Shown here: piece after piece, positions 1 to 10,515 of the stretch
Numbering within the stretch: the stretch's first letter is position 1
Layout: every line of letters begins with the position of its first letter
Origin: a virus
Lineage: Duplodnaviria; Caudoviricetes
Strand: one strand, 5' to 3'
DNA: 29,428 bases
Virus record (IMG/VR): IMGVR_UViG_3300020045_010351
Coordinates: 1 to 29,428 of that record
The notes under the pieces: generated by a model
What the model saw: only the letters and a program-made list of their open reading frames with translations
Told to the model about the DNA's origin: nothing
The model's database searches: none
Made by a program: the position numbers and the translations under genes

Positions 1-2
1 GT

Positions 3-293
3 GACTGGTTGAAGCTGATCGAGCCTTTGGCGCTCGGTCAGCTCAATCTCCATCCGTGGGAGTTTATGCGGTATACGCCTCGTGAAATCATCATTAAGAT
101 TGAAAAATACAGCGAAACGAAAAAAGCAGACAGGCGGTTTTTCCTGCAATCCGTGGCGCATTTGATGAATTCAACGGGTAATTATAAAGAGAAAATCACG
201 GTTGCAACGCTAACAGGCGAAAAACCTGTCAGCCAGCAAGTAAAAAGCTCAGAAGCAGATATGCAAGCACTCAGGAAACGTTTCGGAGGTTAA
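3..293 (+). CDS. Tail assembly chaperone, C-terminal (gpT-like) part; 5' end probably outside the window
   Basis: Directly upstream of the tape measure gene; motif LxLxPWEFxxxTPxE is typical of these chaperones; the frame is open to the window edge (GAC TGG TTG). Confidence 0.75.
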   Translation, partial: DWLKLIEPLALGQLNLHPWEFMRYTPREIIIKIEKYSETKKADRRFFLQSVAHLMNSTGNYKEKITVATLTGEKPVSQQVKSSEADMQALRKRFGG

Positions 294-296
294 CAG

Positions 297-3095
297 ATGG
301 CAACCGGGAAGCCAATCGGCTCGTTTTATGTTCAGCTTGGCCTGAACACAAAAGATTTTCAAAGAAACTTAAAAGGTGCCGAACGCGATTTAAAACAAGC
401 GTTTGGCGCTTCTGCTATTCGCACATCAGAGTTATTGGCGGCCTCGGTTGCTGTTGTTGGCGCTTCCTTGCTTGCGGTTGGTGCAGCTGCTGTTAGTATG
501 GCGGCTGACTTGGAGCGCTCAACGGTCAGTTTTACCAGATTACTTGGAAGCGCTGATGCTGCTGACAAGAAACTGAGAAGTTTGCAGGAATTTGCCTCTA
601 AGACTCCATACACGTTTACCGAATTGATCAGCTACGAAAAGCGCCTACTTGCCTTGGGATTCCAGGCAGATAAAACCAGAGAGGTATTGACTACGGTTGG
701 CGATACCGCTTCTGGTCTTGGCCTCGACAACGAAGGTATGGGGCGATTGATAAAGGCTTTTGGCGATATAAAAACGAAGGCTGTTTTATCGACTCAGGAG
801 ATGAAGCAATTCGCAGAAGTCGGGGTAGGTGCCTATCAGATTCTTGCCAAGGAAATTTTAGGCAGCGCTGATAAGGTCTCAGAACTTGACGAGATGATTC
901 AAAACCGGGCCATTAGTTCAGAGCAGGCAATCTCTGGAATGTTCAGGGGATTATCAGCGCAATTTGGCGGTATGATGCAGCTACAGTCCGAAACCGTTTC
1001 GGGCATGTGGTCTACGGTTAGAGATGAGGGCGAAAACGTTTTAAGGATTATTGGTAAACAAATCACTCAATCAACTGAACTAAAAGCAGCAATGGACTCT
1101 CTCAGATCAGCAGCAACGCAATTCAGAACAACACTCGAAAGTAAAGGGCTTGCTGAAGCATTTTCGGGTGTGTTTGGGAATATTGCGGATTTGTCTGTAA
1201 AAACGCTTTACAGTTCAATCACAAATATTTTAATCCCGGCGCTGAAGCAAGTCGGAGAGTTTTTCTTAACTGCAAAGCTTACCGCATGGGGCGAAGCTGG
1301 ACGGGTTGCTGTTGTTGGTGTTGCTGGAGCGATAACGGGAGTTTTAATTGTCGCTGTTCAAGCATTAAATATTGCTCTCGGGCTGGCAATAATCCCGCTG
1401 ATAAAAATAGCCGCAGGAGTTGCAGCAATAACCGTTGCAGTTTATGGGCTTGCAAGAGCGTTTCTTTACGTGTCAGAAAATGGCGTTGCTTCCGTGGCCG
1501 AAAGTGTTAAGCAACTACTTAGCAATATTGGCAACTCAATCTCTGCTTTCGTCAGAGACACTACAAGCAAGCTCTGGCTGGCCTTTGGAGAGATAGGCAG
1601 CAAGGCACTCGACGCGGCCTCTCTTGCTCTGAATGCAATCAAAGCAATGTCAGTTGATGTTATGCGTCAAGTATGGGCGAATGTCACAGGCTCAGGTGAG
1701 CAGCCGTTAAAGGCTTCTTTGGATTCTGTTAAAGCTCAGTATGCAGCTTTTTTCTCTCAGTTGCCCGCACTACCTCAACCATCCGAAGCTGACCCCGGTA
1801 AATCTGGCCTTGCATGGTTCAGATATATAAAAACGCTGATTCCAGAGATAGACAAACTCAAAGAACGCGTTGCCGCCGTTCCCGCTGCCTTAAATGTCTT
1901 TACTCCCGGTATGCCAAAGGCAAAGACTCCCGCAGCTATTGCAACGGGAACAGGTAGCAGCAAAACCGACACCAGTAAATCAGATGCAGAGCGCGCCCTT
2001 GAAGACGTAAAACGCAACTCTGAACAGATTCAGCAGGCATGGCTACAACAGACCAGCACACGAGAAGCCCTGCTAGATGCAGAATTTCAGAAGGAATTTG
2101 ACACACTAGAAAAATCTAAGGCGATCAACAAAAACTATCACACCGACCTTGCTTTGCTGTCAGAAACCTACAGCAGCAAAGGCCGCGCATTGTTGGAAGC
2201 AGACGCAGCCGAAAAACTTAATTTCTTGCAGCAGGCACAGCAAGCAGATATTGCAGCGCTCGAAGAAAGAGATAATCTTTACTATGAATCATTCTTAAAA
2301 AAGCAGGAAAACGCTGAACTTGAAGCGACTTTAAACGCAGATCAGCGAGCCGGTGACCTTGCAGCCTTCATAGAACACCTGGACGCAAAAGCGTTAGCCG
2401 AACGAGCCAGCCTTGAAGGGCGCAGGCAGATGATTGATGTTTATGACCAGTTGCAAGCCGATGCTACGCGCTCGCAAGCTTCTTATATGGCTGAAGCTTA
2501 TCGAACCATTTACAGCGGCTTGACAGAGTCTTTGACAGGCATAATCACAGGCGCAAAAAATGCCGGTGATGCTTTCAAAGAACTGGGTATGCAGATCATT
2601 CAGATGATTGTTAAGTGGACTATTCAGCGCAAGCTTGCTGCGATCATGGCGGGAACTATTGAGGCAACCACTACGGCGGCTTCAGTTGTCATGGCTGGCA
2701 CAGTTGCAGCAGCATGGGCACCAGCGGCGGCGATGGTTGCAGCGGCTACTTTTGGAGCTTCTACGGCGGCAGCAGCAGCAGGGTTGACCGGATTATCTAC
2801 ATTATCCAAGGGGCTTTCACTTCCAATGCTGGCCGATGGTGGTATCGTTTCAAAGCCAACTATTTTAATGGCCGGGGAGGGTGGAGAATCAGAAGCAATC
2901 ATACCCTTGTCGAAGCTTCAGGGCTTGACAGGCGGTGGCGGTGGCGTTACTCTTAATGTAATAAATCAGACAGGTCAGCCGGTAAGCGCTCGTAGTTCTC
3001 AGCGCATGGATGGAGCGAGAACTGTTGTCGATTTATTTTTAGAAGGTTACAGCCGAAACGTTAGCGGCATTCAAGACGTTGTAGGGGGTAGATGA
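297..3095 (+). CDS. Tail tape measure protein, 932 aa
   Basis: Tape-measure N-terminal motif (LQEFASKTPYTF...GDTASGLG), long Ala-rich helical body with hydrophobic stretches, C-terminal LADGGIV...AGEGG..EAIIPL motif; GGAGG RBS. Confidence 0.95.
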   Translation: MATGKPIGSFYVQLGLNTKDFQRNLKGAERDLKQAFGASAIRTSELLAASVAVVGASLLAVGAAAVSMAADLERSTVSFTRLLGSADAADKKLRSLQEFASKTPYTFTELISYEKRLLALGFQADKTREVLTTVGDTASGLGLDNEGMGRLIKAFGDIKTKAVLSTQEMKQFAEVGVGAYQILAKEILGSADKVSELDEMIQNRAISSEQAISGMFRGLSAQFGGMMQLQSETVSGMWSTVRDEGENVLRIIGKQITQSTELKAAMDSLRSAATQFRTTLESKGLAEAFSGVFGNIADLSVKTLYSSITNILIPALKQVGEFFLTAKLTAWGEAGRVAVVGVAGAITGVLIVAVQALNIALGLAIIPLIKIAAGVAAITVAVYGLARAFLYVSENGVASVAESVKQLLSNIGNSISAFVRDTTSKLWLAFGEIGSKALDAASLALNAIKAMSVDVMRQVWANVTGSGEQPLKASLDSVKAQYAAFFSQLPALPQPSEADPGKSGLAWFRYIKTLIPEIDKLKERVAAVPAALNVFTPGMPKAKTPAAIATGTGSSKTDTSKSDAERALEDVKRNSEQIQQAWLQQTSTREALLDAEFQKEFDTLEKSKAINKNYHTDLALLSETYSSKGRALLEADAAEKLNFLQQAQQADIAALEERDNLYYESFLKKQENAELEATLNADQRAGDLAAFIEHLDAKALAERASLEGRRQMIDVYDQLQADATRSQASYMAEAYRTIYSGLTESLTGIITGAKNAGDAFKELGMQIIQMIVKWTIQRKLAAIMAGTIEATTTAASVVMAGTVAAAWAPAAAMVAAATFGASTAAAAAGLTGLSTLSKGLSLPMLADGGIVSKPTILMAGEGGESEAIIPLSKLQGLTGGGGGVTLNVINQTGQPVSARSSQRMDGARTVVDLFLEGYSRNVSGIQDVVGGR

Positions 3096-3096
3096 T

Positions 3097-3429
3097 ATGA
3101 CTTGGCCTGCAATTGCCGCGCCTTCGATTGAAACGCCGACGAAAGTTAAAGACAACTCTCTTAAAAGTCCTCTTATTAACGGTCAGACCGTTAGCCGGAA
3201 GAAATATACCCGTCAGCTTCGAGAGTGGACTTTAAAATGGAATGCTCTCTTAGATACACAGCTCGCAACGCTGCTTGCTTATTACGCCACTCAGGGCGGC
3301 GGTTCAGCTTCGTTTCAGTGGGCTGATGAGTTCGGGAATAATTACACAGTCAGATTTGATGGTGACATAGATCACGCAAGCGTTAATTACACCCATTCAT
3401 CTGTAACCGTTAAGATTGCAGAGGTTTAA
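3097..3429 (+). CDS. Distal tail / minor tail protein, lambda gpM-like
   Basis: 110 aa immediately after the tape measure; W.LxW and GG..SFxW...YTVRF pattern. Confidence 0.75.
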   Translation: MTWPAIAAPSIETPTKVKDNSLKSPLINGQTVSRKKYTRQLREWTLKWNALLDTQLATLLAYYATQGGGSASFQWADEFGNNYTVRFDGDIDHASVNYTHSSVTVKIAEV

Positions 3430-3431
3430 CC

Positions 3432-4034
3432 ATGCGGACACTATCAAGCGCCTCTTTGATCGAAAAAAATAAACTTGCTACGGATTCCGCCTGGCTAATT
3501 TTGCTAGAGATTGGATTCACCGAACCGATTCAGATTATAGCCAATAACGAAGATGTTCTTTGGGATTCTAAGACATGGCAGGCGTTCCCTTTTGAAGTTG
3601 ATACCATTGGAGAATCGGGTAAGGGTGAAATTGTTTCTGTTGGTGTTAAGGTTTCTAACGTCACAGGAGAGATTCAGCAGATTGTTGAGTCGCTTAATGG
3701 GGCAAATGGAACGCCCGTCATTGTTCGCGTTATTAATACGGCTACAGCAGCCACAACACCCGATCTTGAATTAAACTTCGTGGTTGATTCTTCGTCATTT
3801 GACGAGCAATGGCTGACTTTCAAGTTAACCGGCGGTGTTTGCCTGACTCGCAGGGTGCCGCAGTGGAGATATTTGCAGAACTTTTGCAGATTCACTGAGC
3901 GCTACGGTCAGATTGAGTGCGGCGTTTCGGCTGCAACCAAAGTAACGTTTCCGACTTGCAACGGCACTAATGCCAACTGCATAGAACGTGGTAACGCGGT
4001 CAGGTATGGGGGTTTCCGATGGATGCCAAAATAA
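3432..4034 (+). CDS. Minor tail / tail hub protein, lambda gpL-like
   Basis: WQAFPFE motif; four C-terminal cysteines and RYGGF end, as in the Fe-S-binding C-terminus of gpL; gene order. Confidence 0.8.
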   Translation: MRTLSSASLIEKNKLATDSAWLILLEIGFTEPIQIIANNEDVLWDSKTWQAFPFEVDTIGESGKGEIVSVGVKVSNVTGEIQQIVESLNGANGTPVIVRVINTATAATTPDLELNFVVDSSSFDEQWLTFKLTGGVCLTRRVPQWRYLQNFCRFTERYGQIECGVSAATKVTFPTCNGTNANCIERGNAVRYGGFRWMPK

Positions 4035-4429
4035 ACTTTAATCATCTGATCGGTAAGCCGTTTCTCGACGGTGCAAGAGGCCCGGAGGCTTTTGACTGTT
4101 GGGGGCTTGCGGTTGCGGCGATGCGCTTGTATGGTTACTCATTACCTGATTTTTTCGTGAGCGCTTTCGATTGTGCCAGTATTGCCGGAGCTATTGAATC
4201 GCAGCGTTATGCGTGGGAGGAATTGGCCGCGCCCGTGGCTGGTTGCGTTATTGTGATGAAGCTTGGCGGTCAGCCGTATAACAATCACATTGCAACTTTT
4301 CTCGGCGGTGGCATGGTATTGCACACCAGACAGAAAACAGGGTCAATTATTGAACGCATAGAAAAACCTATATTCAAAGCGCTGGTGCAGGGTTTCTATT
4401 TACCTCCAAAGGTCTACAAAAATGAATGA
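4019..4429 (+). CDS. NlpC/P60 family tail assembly protein (gpK C-terminal domain-like)
   Basis: GARGPEAFDCWGL catalytic Cys motif; later NHIATFLG...LH His residues. Confidence 0.9.
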   Translation: MDAKINFNHLIGKPFLDGARGPEAFDCWGLAVAAMRLYGYSLPDFFVSAFDCASIAGAIESQRYAWEELAAPVAGCVIVMKLGGQPYNNHIATFLGGGMVLHTRQKTGSIIERIEKPIFKALVQGFYLPPKVYKNE

Positions 4430-7400
4430 TAACGTTGCGAATAACATAATTCAGGTAGTTTATTTAAAAAACCCGTTTAAGCCACAAGAGCGCGTTATTA
4501 AGGCGTTTTCAGGCGAAGAAATAGCCACGGTTTTCGATGCTTTCAAAGAACTTGGTATTGAAACTCCTGCCGGGCTTGTCGTTGTCGTAAATGGCAAGCA
4601 CGTAGAGCAAGCACAGCCGATTAGAGGCGGCGATTATGTTGTAATCCTGCCAGATATTAAAGGCGGTGGCGGCGGTGGTAGTTCAAAGAATATTGCCGGG
4701 GTAATTGCTGGCCTTGCTCTTATGGCGGTTACTGGTGGCGCTGCTGCTGCATTCCTTGGCGGCGTTGGTATGGCGCATACTTTGGGTTTAGGGCTTGCGT
4801 TATATTTCGGCGGCTCACTGCTGACAGGCAATCAGAAAACGCCAAAGGTTACGGCCTCAAATAATGAATTTGGAGCGTTTGAGGGCGGGTATAGTTGGTC
4901 TCCTGATACTGTTCGCGTCAATCCCGGTGGGCCTATTCCGGTTACGTTTGGCACGTTTGGCACAAGCGGCACGTTGTTAACCAGACGAATAGCAACGGGT
5001 TATCTAAATGACAAATCAACACAATATCTTGCCTTGCTGATTGGAGCAGGAGAAGGGCCGCTTGATTCTATTTCAGATATAAAAATCAATGGCATTCCGA
5101 TAGCCAGCATAGCAGGTGCAACTTATGAAACAAAACTAGGAACAAATGAACAGACGGCTATTGCTATTGCAAGACTCTCTGAAGTATCAGAGTTTCAGCC
5201 TTTTAACTCAGAATTGCCGATCAGCGTTATTGAATGGATAACAAAAGCCCAAACTGAAATCGGTAACAGTATTGTAATGGATTTTGTTTTTCCCGCTGGA
5301 TTGTATTCTGTTTCAGCTACAGGGGCGCTTGAAATTGCGGTCGGCGTAACTCGCAGCGAATACAGAGAAATCGGAGCAACAGAATGGTTATCTGCTGGTG
5401 GCATGAGTTTGCAGCTCAGCGAGAAAACACGAGCGCCCTTTTATTTCAGGGCTTATTTTACGCCACCTGACCCGACAAAGCTCTATGAATTCCGTTTCCA
5501 GAATTACAGCTTTAAATATAACGATGATACGTTTTGGCATGGTGCTTACACCGAAACGCCGACAAACGTCAGCTATAGCATGGCATGGGTTGGACTGACG
5601 GTATTAAACGATCAGCCGCAAACATACCCCGGTATGGCCTTAGTTGCCCTGAGCATTCCTGCAACCGAGAACCTGTCTGGAAGCATGCCGAAGGTTACAT
5701 GGAAACAATCACGAAATACTATTCTCGCATGGAATCCAACCGAAGCAGAATACCAGGCTAAAGACGCAACTAATATTGCTTGGATGGTCTACGATGTTAT
5801 TCATAAGTGTAAATACCTGAAAAATACGCAGACAGACCTATTTGAGTATGCCGTTTTCGGTGAACCAAAGGAAAACTTAAACTACACCGAATTTAATAAT
5901 TGGGCTACGTTTTGCGCTGAAACTTCCGCAGGCGTTGCCAGAGCTGAGGGTAATTTGCTGCTTGATACTGCCGGGCAAATGTGGTCAACCGTTCAGAGAA
6001 TTGCTGCATCTGGTCGCGGTTTCATTATTCAGCAGGCAAACGTGTTCAAGCCGGTATGGGATTCAGTCAAGACCGTTTCGCAGATATTTACAGCCGGGAA
6101 CATGAGCAATATTACCGGGGCTTTCATTGCAGACCGAGAACGGGCAACAGCGATTGAAGCTACTTTCATCAATGAAGATAAAAACTATGAGACTGATACT
6201 TTATTTGTGCCCGGTGATGATTACAGCCCTGCAGGGTTAGCCAATCCGACACAGATAAACATTCCCGGGATCACGAAATCTGATGCTGTTTACATGCTTT
6301 GCAAGCAGATGTTGAAGAAAAACAAATACCTTCGACGGACGGCCAACATTAATGTTGGTATCGACAGCCTTGCTGCTGAGCTTGGTGACGCTGTTGGGAT
6401 CCAATCAGATGTTTCCTCTTGGGGTGTTGGCGGTCGAGTGCTTGGTGCAACCACTACCAGCGTCGTCATAGATCAAGAAGTCTCAATGGTTCCCGGCACA
6501 ACCTACAGCCTGCTTGTCCGTTATCCAGATGATACTCTTGTTAGACGCACCGTAAACGCTGTTTTAGTTCCAACCACAACAACTACTCTTGCTTTCACTG
6601 TCACGCCGTGGGCGGTGGCTCCTGATCGTTTTGCGGTGTATAGTTTCGGTGTCCAGAGTCTTGAAATAAAACCATTTACTATTACCAGTATTCGCCGGTC
6701 GAATGATCTCGACGCAACAATAGAACTGATCGAATATATTGAAGGCGTTTTTACTGAAGATACAAATTTTCCAGTTATTGATTACACGGCTATCGGCGCG
6801 TCATTAACTTCTCTAACTGTTAATCCTGATGCTGAAAATGGGCGGCTTCACGTTGCGTGGATTGTGCCACCTGATAAGGACTACCAGACAGCAACCGTTT
6901 ATGTTGATGGCAAACCGCAGGGATTTTTGAACGCGGATAATAGCACAGCCGAAATTGATCTACCGCCGGGCACTTACACTGTCATTGTTTTACCATTAGA
7001 TGGAAACGGCAATGCGGGAACTCCTGAAGAAGTCACCGTCACGTTAGGTAGTCCAACTCTTGAAGCTGTTTCCGATGTTGTGCTTGATTCTGAAATCGTC
7101 TTGCAGGGTGACGGCACTGGATTAGTTTTTATAACTGGCACGTTTACAATTCCGGCATTGGCTACCAACGTATTGGTTGAAATTGGAGAGGGCGTAACGC
7201 CTTCAGCTTGGTATCCGGTTCAGAGCAATAGAACTCCTTCATTACTGTATGGTCCGGTCAAGGTTGGCGTTCTATATACGCTGCGGTTTTCCGCTTATAA
7301 CCGCTATGCAATCGCCACTGCAACACTGGCAACTATCACTCCTGCCGGTGACGAAATCGCACCAGCTGCGCCGGTTATTTTCAGAATATCAAATTACATG

Positions 7401-9425
7401 AAAAACGTAGCGGTTGGCGTTTTGCTTGCCGATGCGCCCGGTGACGTTGCCGGGTTTATTGTCTACCGAAATACCGTTGACACGTTTGGCACAGCGACAG
7501 AAGCCGGGAGAATTGCGAGCAAGACAACGCTAACAACTGCAACGGCAGTTTTTCAAGATACAGTTGACGTGGGTTTTGGTACTGAGCTGTATTATTGGGC
7601 GAAAACCTTTGACACATGGGGGAATGTCAGCGCGGCCTCTCCTTCCGTTCATTTCACCATGTATGGCAAACTGTCTGATTATGTTTGGTTGGGCGATGAA
7701 GATACTGCGTTTTGGATTGGAACCGACAACCCGGCAACTGCAATAGTCCTGATGAACCCTGACGGCACAGGAACATTTGCAGGTTTTGATTTGACCGCTG
7801 ATGGAATGTCGGCAACTGATGGAACAAATTATATTGCGCTTGATTCTGGCACCAATGGAATGCCGAAGATTATTGCAGGCAAGGGCGTTAGTGACGCGCC
7901 ATTAGTATTAATTAATGGTGACGGCAGCGGGAAAATTGCTAATTTGCCGTTTACCAAAGACCGTTTTGCAGAAACAATACCAGATCAGCCGTTACAGCCA
8001 AGTGTTGCAGCCAGTAAAATCAACACGGGTTTTGAACTCGGTTATAATTATCTCTATGGCAACGAAATGGACACCAGCGGCGAAGGGCCATATCCTCAAA
8101 CGGTTTGCTTTGATGGCTCTACAAACAAGGCTTATAAATTTAATCAAACAGTCAGCGTCAACGAAGCCCTATCGACTGTCAGCAGCCTCAGAGTGTCTAT
8201 CGTAAACCTTCCCGCTGACGATTATTATGTTTACGTTACAATCAGCGGCAACATTGTCAGGCGTAACGCCGGGGCATTGTCTGGAATAATAAATACCATT
8301 CCCGTTTCACCCAATCTTCCAGCCGTTCCCGCTGATTTTTCAACGGTTCGAATTATGGCCTTGCAGCATGGCGTTGTTGATGCAGTCGATGAAACGACAA
8401 TAACTCTTGATGTTGAGGCACAGTTATTGTTTGACAACCCTTACCGGCTTGAAATCAGGTTAGCCGATGAATCGCTCGTAAGCGTGCCAATATTAAACCC
8501 TTCAACTTACGATAAAAACAAACATCTTTCAGGAAACAATACCAGCCTGAAAACGTTTTCTCTGGAATTTGAAACGCCATACGGCACGCCGCCTGATTTT
8601 GTCGGGCTTGAATGGGCGCTTATTCCGGTTAATGCTGATATTAATGACTGGACAGAGATTGACGCAAAGGCTCACGGTTACGAGAGCGCCGGGATCAGTG
8701 TCTTGAATTCTGCGAGCAGCGAGAAGCAGAGTGCGATTCTTGTAAATACGTTCGCAGCAGCATTTAACGGTGTTGATAAAGTGCCGTTTGGGTATGGCGA
8801 TGATACGGCCAAAGACGCATTTTATTCTCCGACTGATTTAAGAGTTGAACGAAGCCCCCACCACTTGGCCTCTATGACTGTTGCCATTTCCGCTGATCTA
8901 CCTGCTACTCTCTGGCCTGGTATTATATCGGACACAGGATTTGTCGCCACTACGCCTGCCGATGCGCTGGCGGGTGTTCTTTCGCTTAGTGTGCTACAAA
9001 TTACTCCGGCTGAAACATCTGCATTCGTGAATGATAAATCATTTTACAGCATCGATCCGGCGCAGTATGCTACGGCATTTCCCGACCTGTCTGACGGTAT
9101 GCTTTGGTATCGGCACTTGCCAGAAGTTTTGTTAAAAGCCTTCCAAGAATATGTAGCCAGAGATGAAGCCGTAACCGAAGCAGCAGCGGATTATACTGTT
9201 TTGAGTGCTGATAACATTATCCAAGTCACAGCGTTAGCAGTCATTACCCTACCTGACGCTACGTTATTCAAAGGCAGACGGTTCACAGTAGACAATGCGC
9301 ATATCGCTGAAATCACTGTTGAGCCGCAAGCAGGCCAGACAATACAGGGCGAAACGTCGCAATCAATACCGCCAGATTCAGCAATGATGGTTTATTCTGA
9401 TGGCGTTAAATGGAGGATAATCTGA
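4422..9425 (+). CDS. Tail tip / host specificity protein: gpI-like N-terminus fused to gpJ-like central fibre, 1667 aa
   Basis: Ubiquitin-like N-terminus ending IKGGGG then a hydrophobic helix (gpI-like); PIPVTFG, GEGPL, NIAW...D and ELGDAV motifs of gpJ; FN3-like beta repeats; C-terminal ITLP...SDGxxW domain. Confidence 0.9.
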   Translation: MNDNVANNIIQVVYLKNPFKPQERVIKAFSGEEIATVFDAFKELGIETPAGLVVVVNGKHVEQAQPIRGGDYVVILPDIKGGGGGGSSKNIAGVIAGLALMAVTGGAAAAFLGGVGMAHTLGLGLALYFGGSLLTGNQKTPKVTASNNEFGAFEGGYSWSPDTVRVNPGGPIPVTFGTFGTSGTLLTRRIATGYLNDKSTQYLALLIGAGEGPLDSISDIKINGIPIASIAGATYETKLGTNEQTAIAIARLSEVSEFQPFNSELPISVIEWITKAQTEIGNSIVMDFVFPAGLYSVSATGALEIAVGVTRSEYREIGATEWLSAGGMSLQLSEKTRAPFYFRAYFTPPDPTKLYEFRFQNYSFKYNDDTFWHGAYTETPTNVSYSMAWVGLTVLNDQPQTYPGMALVALSIPATENLSGSMPKVTWKQSRNTILAWNPTEAEYQAKDATNIAWMVYDVIHKCKYLKNTQTDLFEYAVFGEPKENLNYTEFNNWATFCAETSAGVARAEGNLLLDTAGQMWSTVQRIAASGRGFIIQQANVFKPVWDSVKTVSQIFTAGNMSNITGAFIADRERATAIEATFINEDKNYETDTLFVPGDDYSPAGLANPTQINIPGITKSDAVYMLCKQMLKKNKYLRRTANINVGIDSLAAELGDAVGIQSDVSSWGVGGRVLGATTTSVVIDQEVSMVPGTTYSLLVRYPDDTLVRRTVNAVLVPTTTTTLAFTVTPWAVAPDRFAVYSFGVQSLEIKPFTITSIRRSNDLDATIELIEYIEGVFTEDTNFPVIDYTAIGASLTSLTVNPDAENGRLHVAWIVPPDKDYQTATVYVDGKPQGFLNADNSTAEIDLPPGTYTVIVLPLDGNGNAGTPEEVTVTLGSPTLEAVSDVVLDSEIVLQGDGTGLVFITGTFTIPALATNVLVEIGEGVTPSAWYPVQSNRTPSLLYGPVKVGVLYTLRFSAYNRYAIATATLATITPAGDEIAPAAPVIFRISNYMKNVAVGVLLADAPGDVAGFIVYRNTVDTFGTATEAGRIASKTTLTTATAVFQDTVDVGFGTELYYWAKTFDTWGNVSAASPSVHFTMYGKLSDYVWLGDEDTAFWIGTDNPATAIVLMNPDGTGTFAGFDLTADGMSATDGTNYIALDSGTNGMPKIIAGKGVSDAPLVLINGDGSGKIANLPFTKDRFAETIPDQPLQPSVAASKINTGFELGYNYLYGNEMDTSGEGPYPQTVCFDGSTNKAYKFNQTVSVNEALSTVSSLRVSIVNLPADDYYVYVTISGNIVRRNAGALSGIINTIPVSPNLPAVPADFSTVRIMALQHGVVDAVDETTITLDVEAQLLFDNPYRLEIRLADESLVSVPILNPSTYDKNKHLSGNNTSLKTFSLEFETPYGTPPDFVGLEWALIPVNADINDWTEIDAKAHGYESAGISVLNSASSEKQSAILVNTFAAAFNGVDKVPFGYGDDTAKDAFYSPTDLRVERSPHHLASMTVAISADLPATLWPGIISDTGFVATTPADALAGVLSLSVLQITPAETSAFVNDKSFYSIDPAQYATAFPDLSDGMLWYRHLPEVLLKAFQEYVARDEAVTEAAADYTVLSADNIIQVTALAVITLPDATLFKGRRFTVDNAHIAEITVEPQAGQTIQGETSQSIPPDSAMMVYSDGVKWRII

Positions 9426-9426
9426 C

Positions 9427-10506
9427 ATGAGTTATTTTGCACAGGTGAAGGTTCAGAGCGCCGAAGGGAATATTGCCAAGGTAAACAGCCTTGGACAGTT
9501 CCACACGGTTATGCGCAGTGAAATCGACGCGGACAATTCGTCAACAGTCCTCTTGCTGGCAAACGAGCAATTGATCGGGCTGGCAAAAGAATGCCTTGAT
9601 TACGTAGAACTCTGCATTGCTACCTATTCAGATGTAGCAAGCGCCGCCAACGGTTTATGCGTGGAATTCAGCGATGACGGCATACTTTGGATACCTGACC
9701 CGACTTGCGCAACGATTCGAGCGGCGAAAAGTAAGACGTTTACCTGTCAGCTTGAGCGGAAATATTACAGGGTTCTCTATACAAACGGGCCAGTAAATCA
9801 AACCATCTTCGGGCTTTCATCTCTCTTACGAAAAACCAGAGGCAAGCCAAGCGCTCATAATGTTAATAAGGCGATTGAGGGCGATGATGACGCAGAGCTT
9901 GTTATTGCAGTTGTTAAGGCACAGGATGAGAACGATGATTTTGTAAATATTCGCGCTGTTCAAGGCGATACTGGTTACAACCTCAAAGTTTCCCTCGACC
10001 AGGTAGAACCAACAACAAATAGCGTTCAGACGATTGACTATTCCCACGGCGAACTACACAACGGCACTCATTATGTTGTCAGAAATACCGCACTGTTAGC
10101 CAAGGCCGGGACTAAGGATATTTTAATTGTCACACCCAACACAACAAAATGGGCTCACATGATTTTCGGATATGAAGCCAATGATGCAGCAGTTGTGGGG
10201 CAATTCTTTGAGGCTCCAACCTATTCAGCAATCGGCACTCTGGACGGGGCAAGAAACAGAAATAGGAACGTTGCAGACAACAACACAACGCTTGTTTATA
10301 ATGATCCAGTAATCACCGTGACAGGCACCTTGCTAACCACTAAGGCGGTAGGCAGTGGCAAAAACTCAGGCGGTGGCACTCGTGATAATGCCGAATTCAT
10401 ACTGAAACAAAATACTGTATACTTATTGAGGATAACTGAAGGGAATATTGCAGCAACAAATATCAACTGGGAGCTTGACTGGTATGAACACGTTAATAAA
10501 AATTGA
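9427..10506 (+). CDS. Putative virion structural protein, 359 aa, apparently two beta-rich domains
   Basis: Coupled to the J gene, GGAGG RBS, beta-strand-rich; family not recognised. Confidence 0.55.
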   Translation: MSYFAQVKVQSAEGNIAKVNSLGQFHTVMRSEIDADNSSTVLLLANEQLIGLAKECLDYVELCIATYSDVASAANGLCVEFSDDGILWIPDPTCATIRAAKSKTFTCQLERKYYRVLYTNGPVNQTIFGLSSLLRKTRGKPSAHNVNKAIEGDDDAELVIAVVKAQDENDDFVNIRAVQGDTGYNLKVSLDQVEPTTNSVQTIDYSHGELHNGTHYVVRNTALLAKAGTKDILIVTPNTTKWAHMIFGYEANDAAVVGQFFEAPTYSAIGTLDGARNRNRNVADNNTTLVYNDPVITVTGTLLTTKAVGSGKNSGGGTRDNAEFILKQNTVYLLRITEGNIAATNINWELDWYEHVNKN

Positions 10507-10515
10507 GGTGAATAA

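Noticed and set aside
4665-4680. GGC/GGT triplet run as a phase-variable tract
   Set aside because: An in-frame poly-glycine linker with mixed codons.
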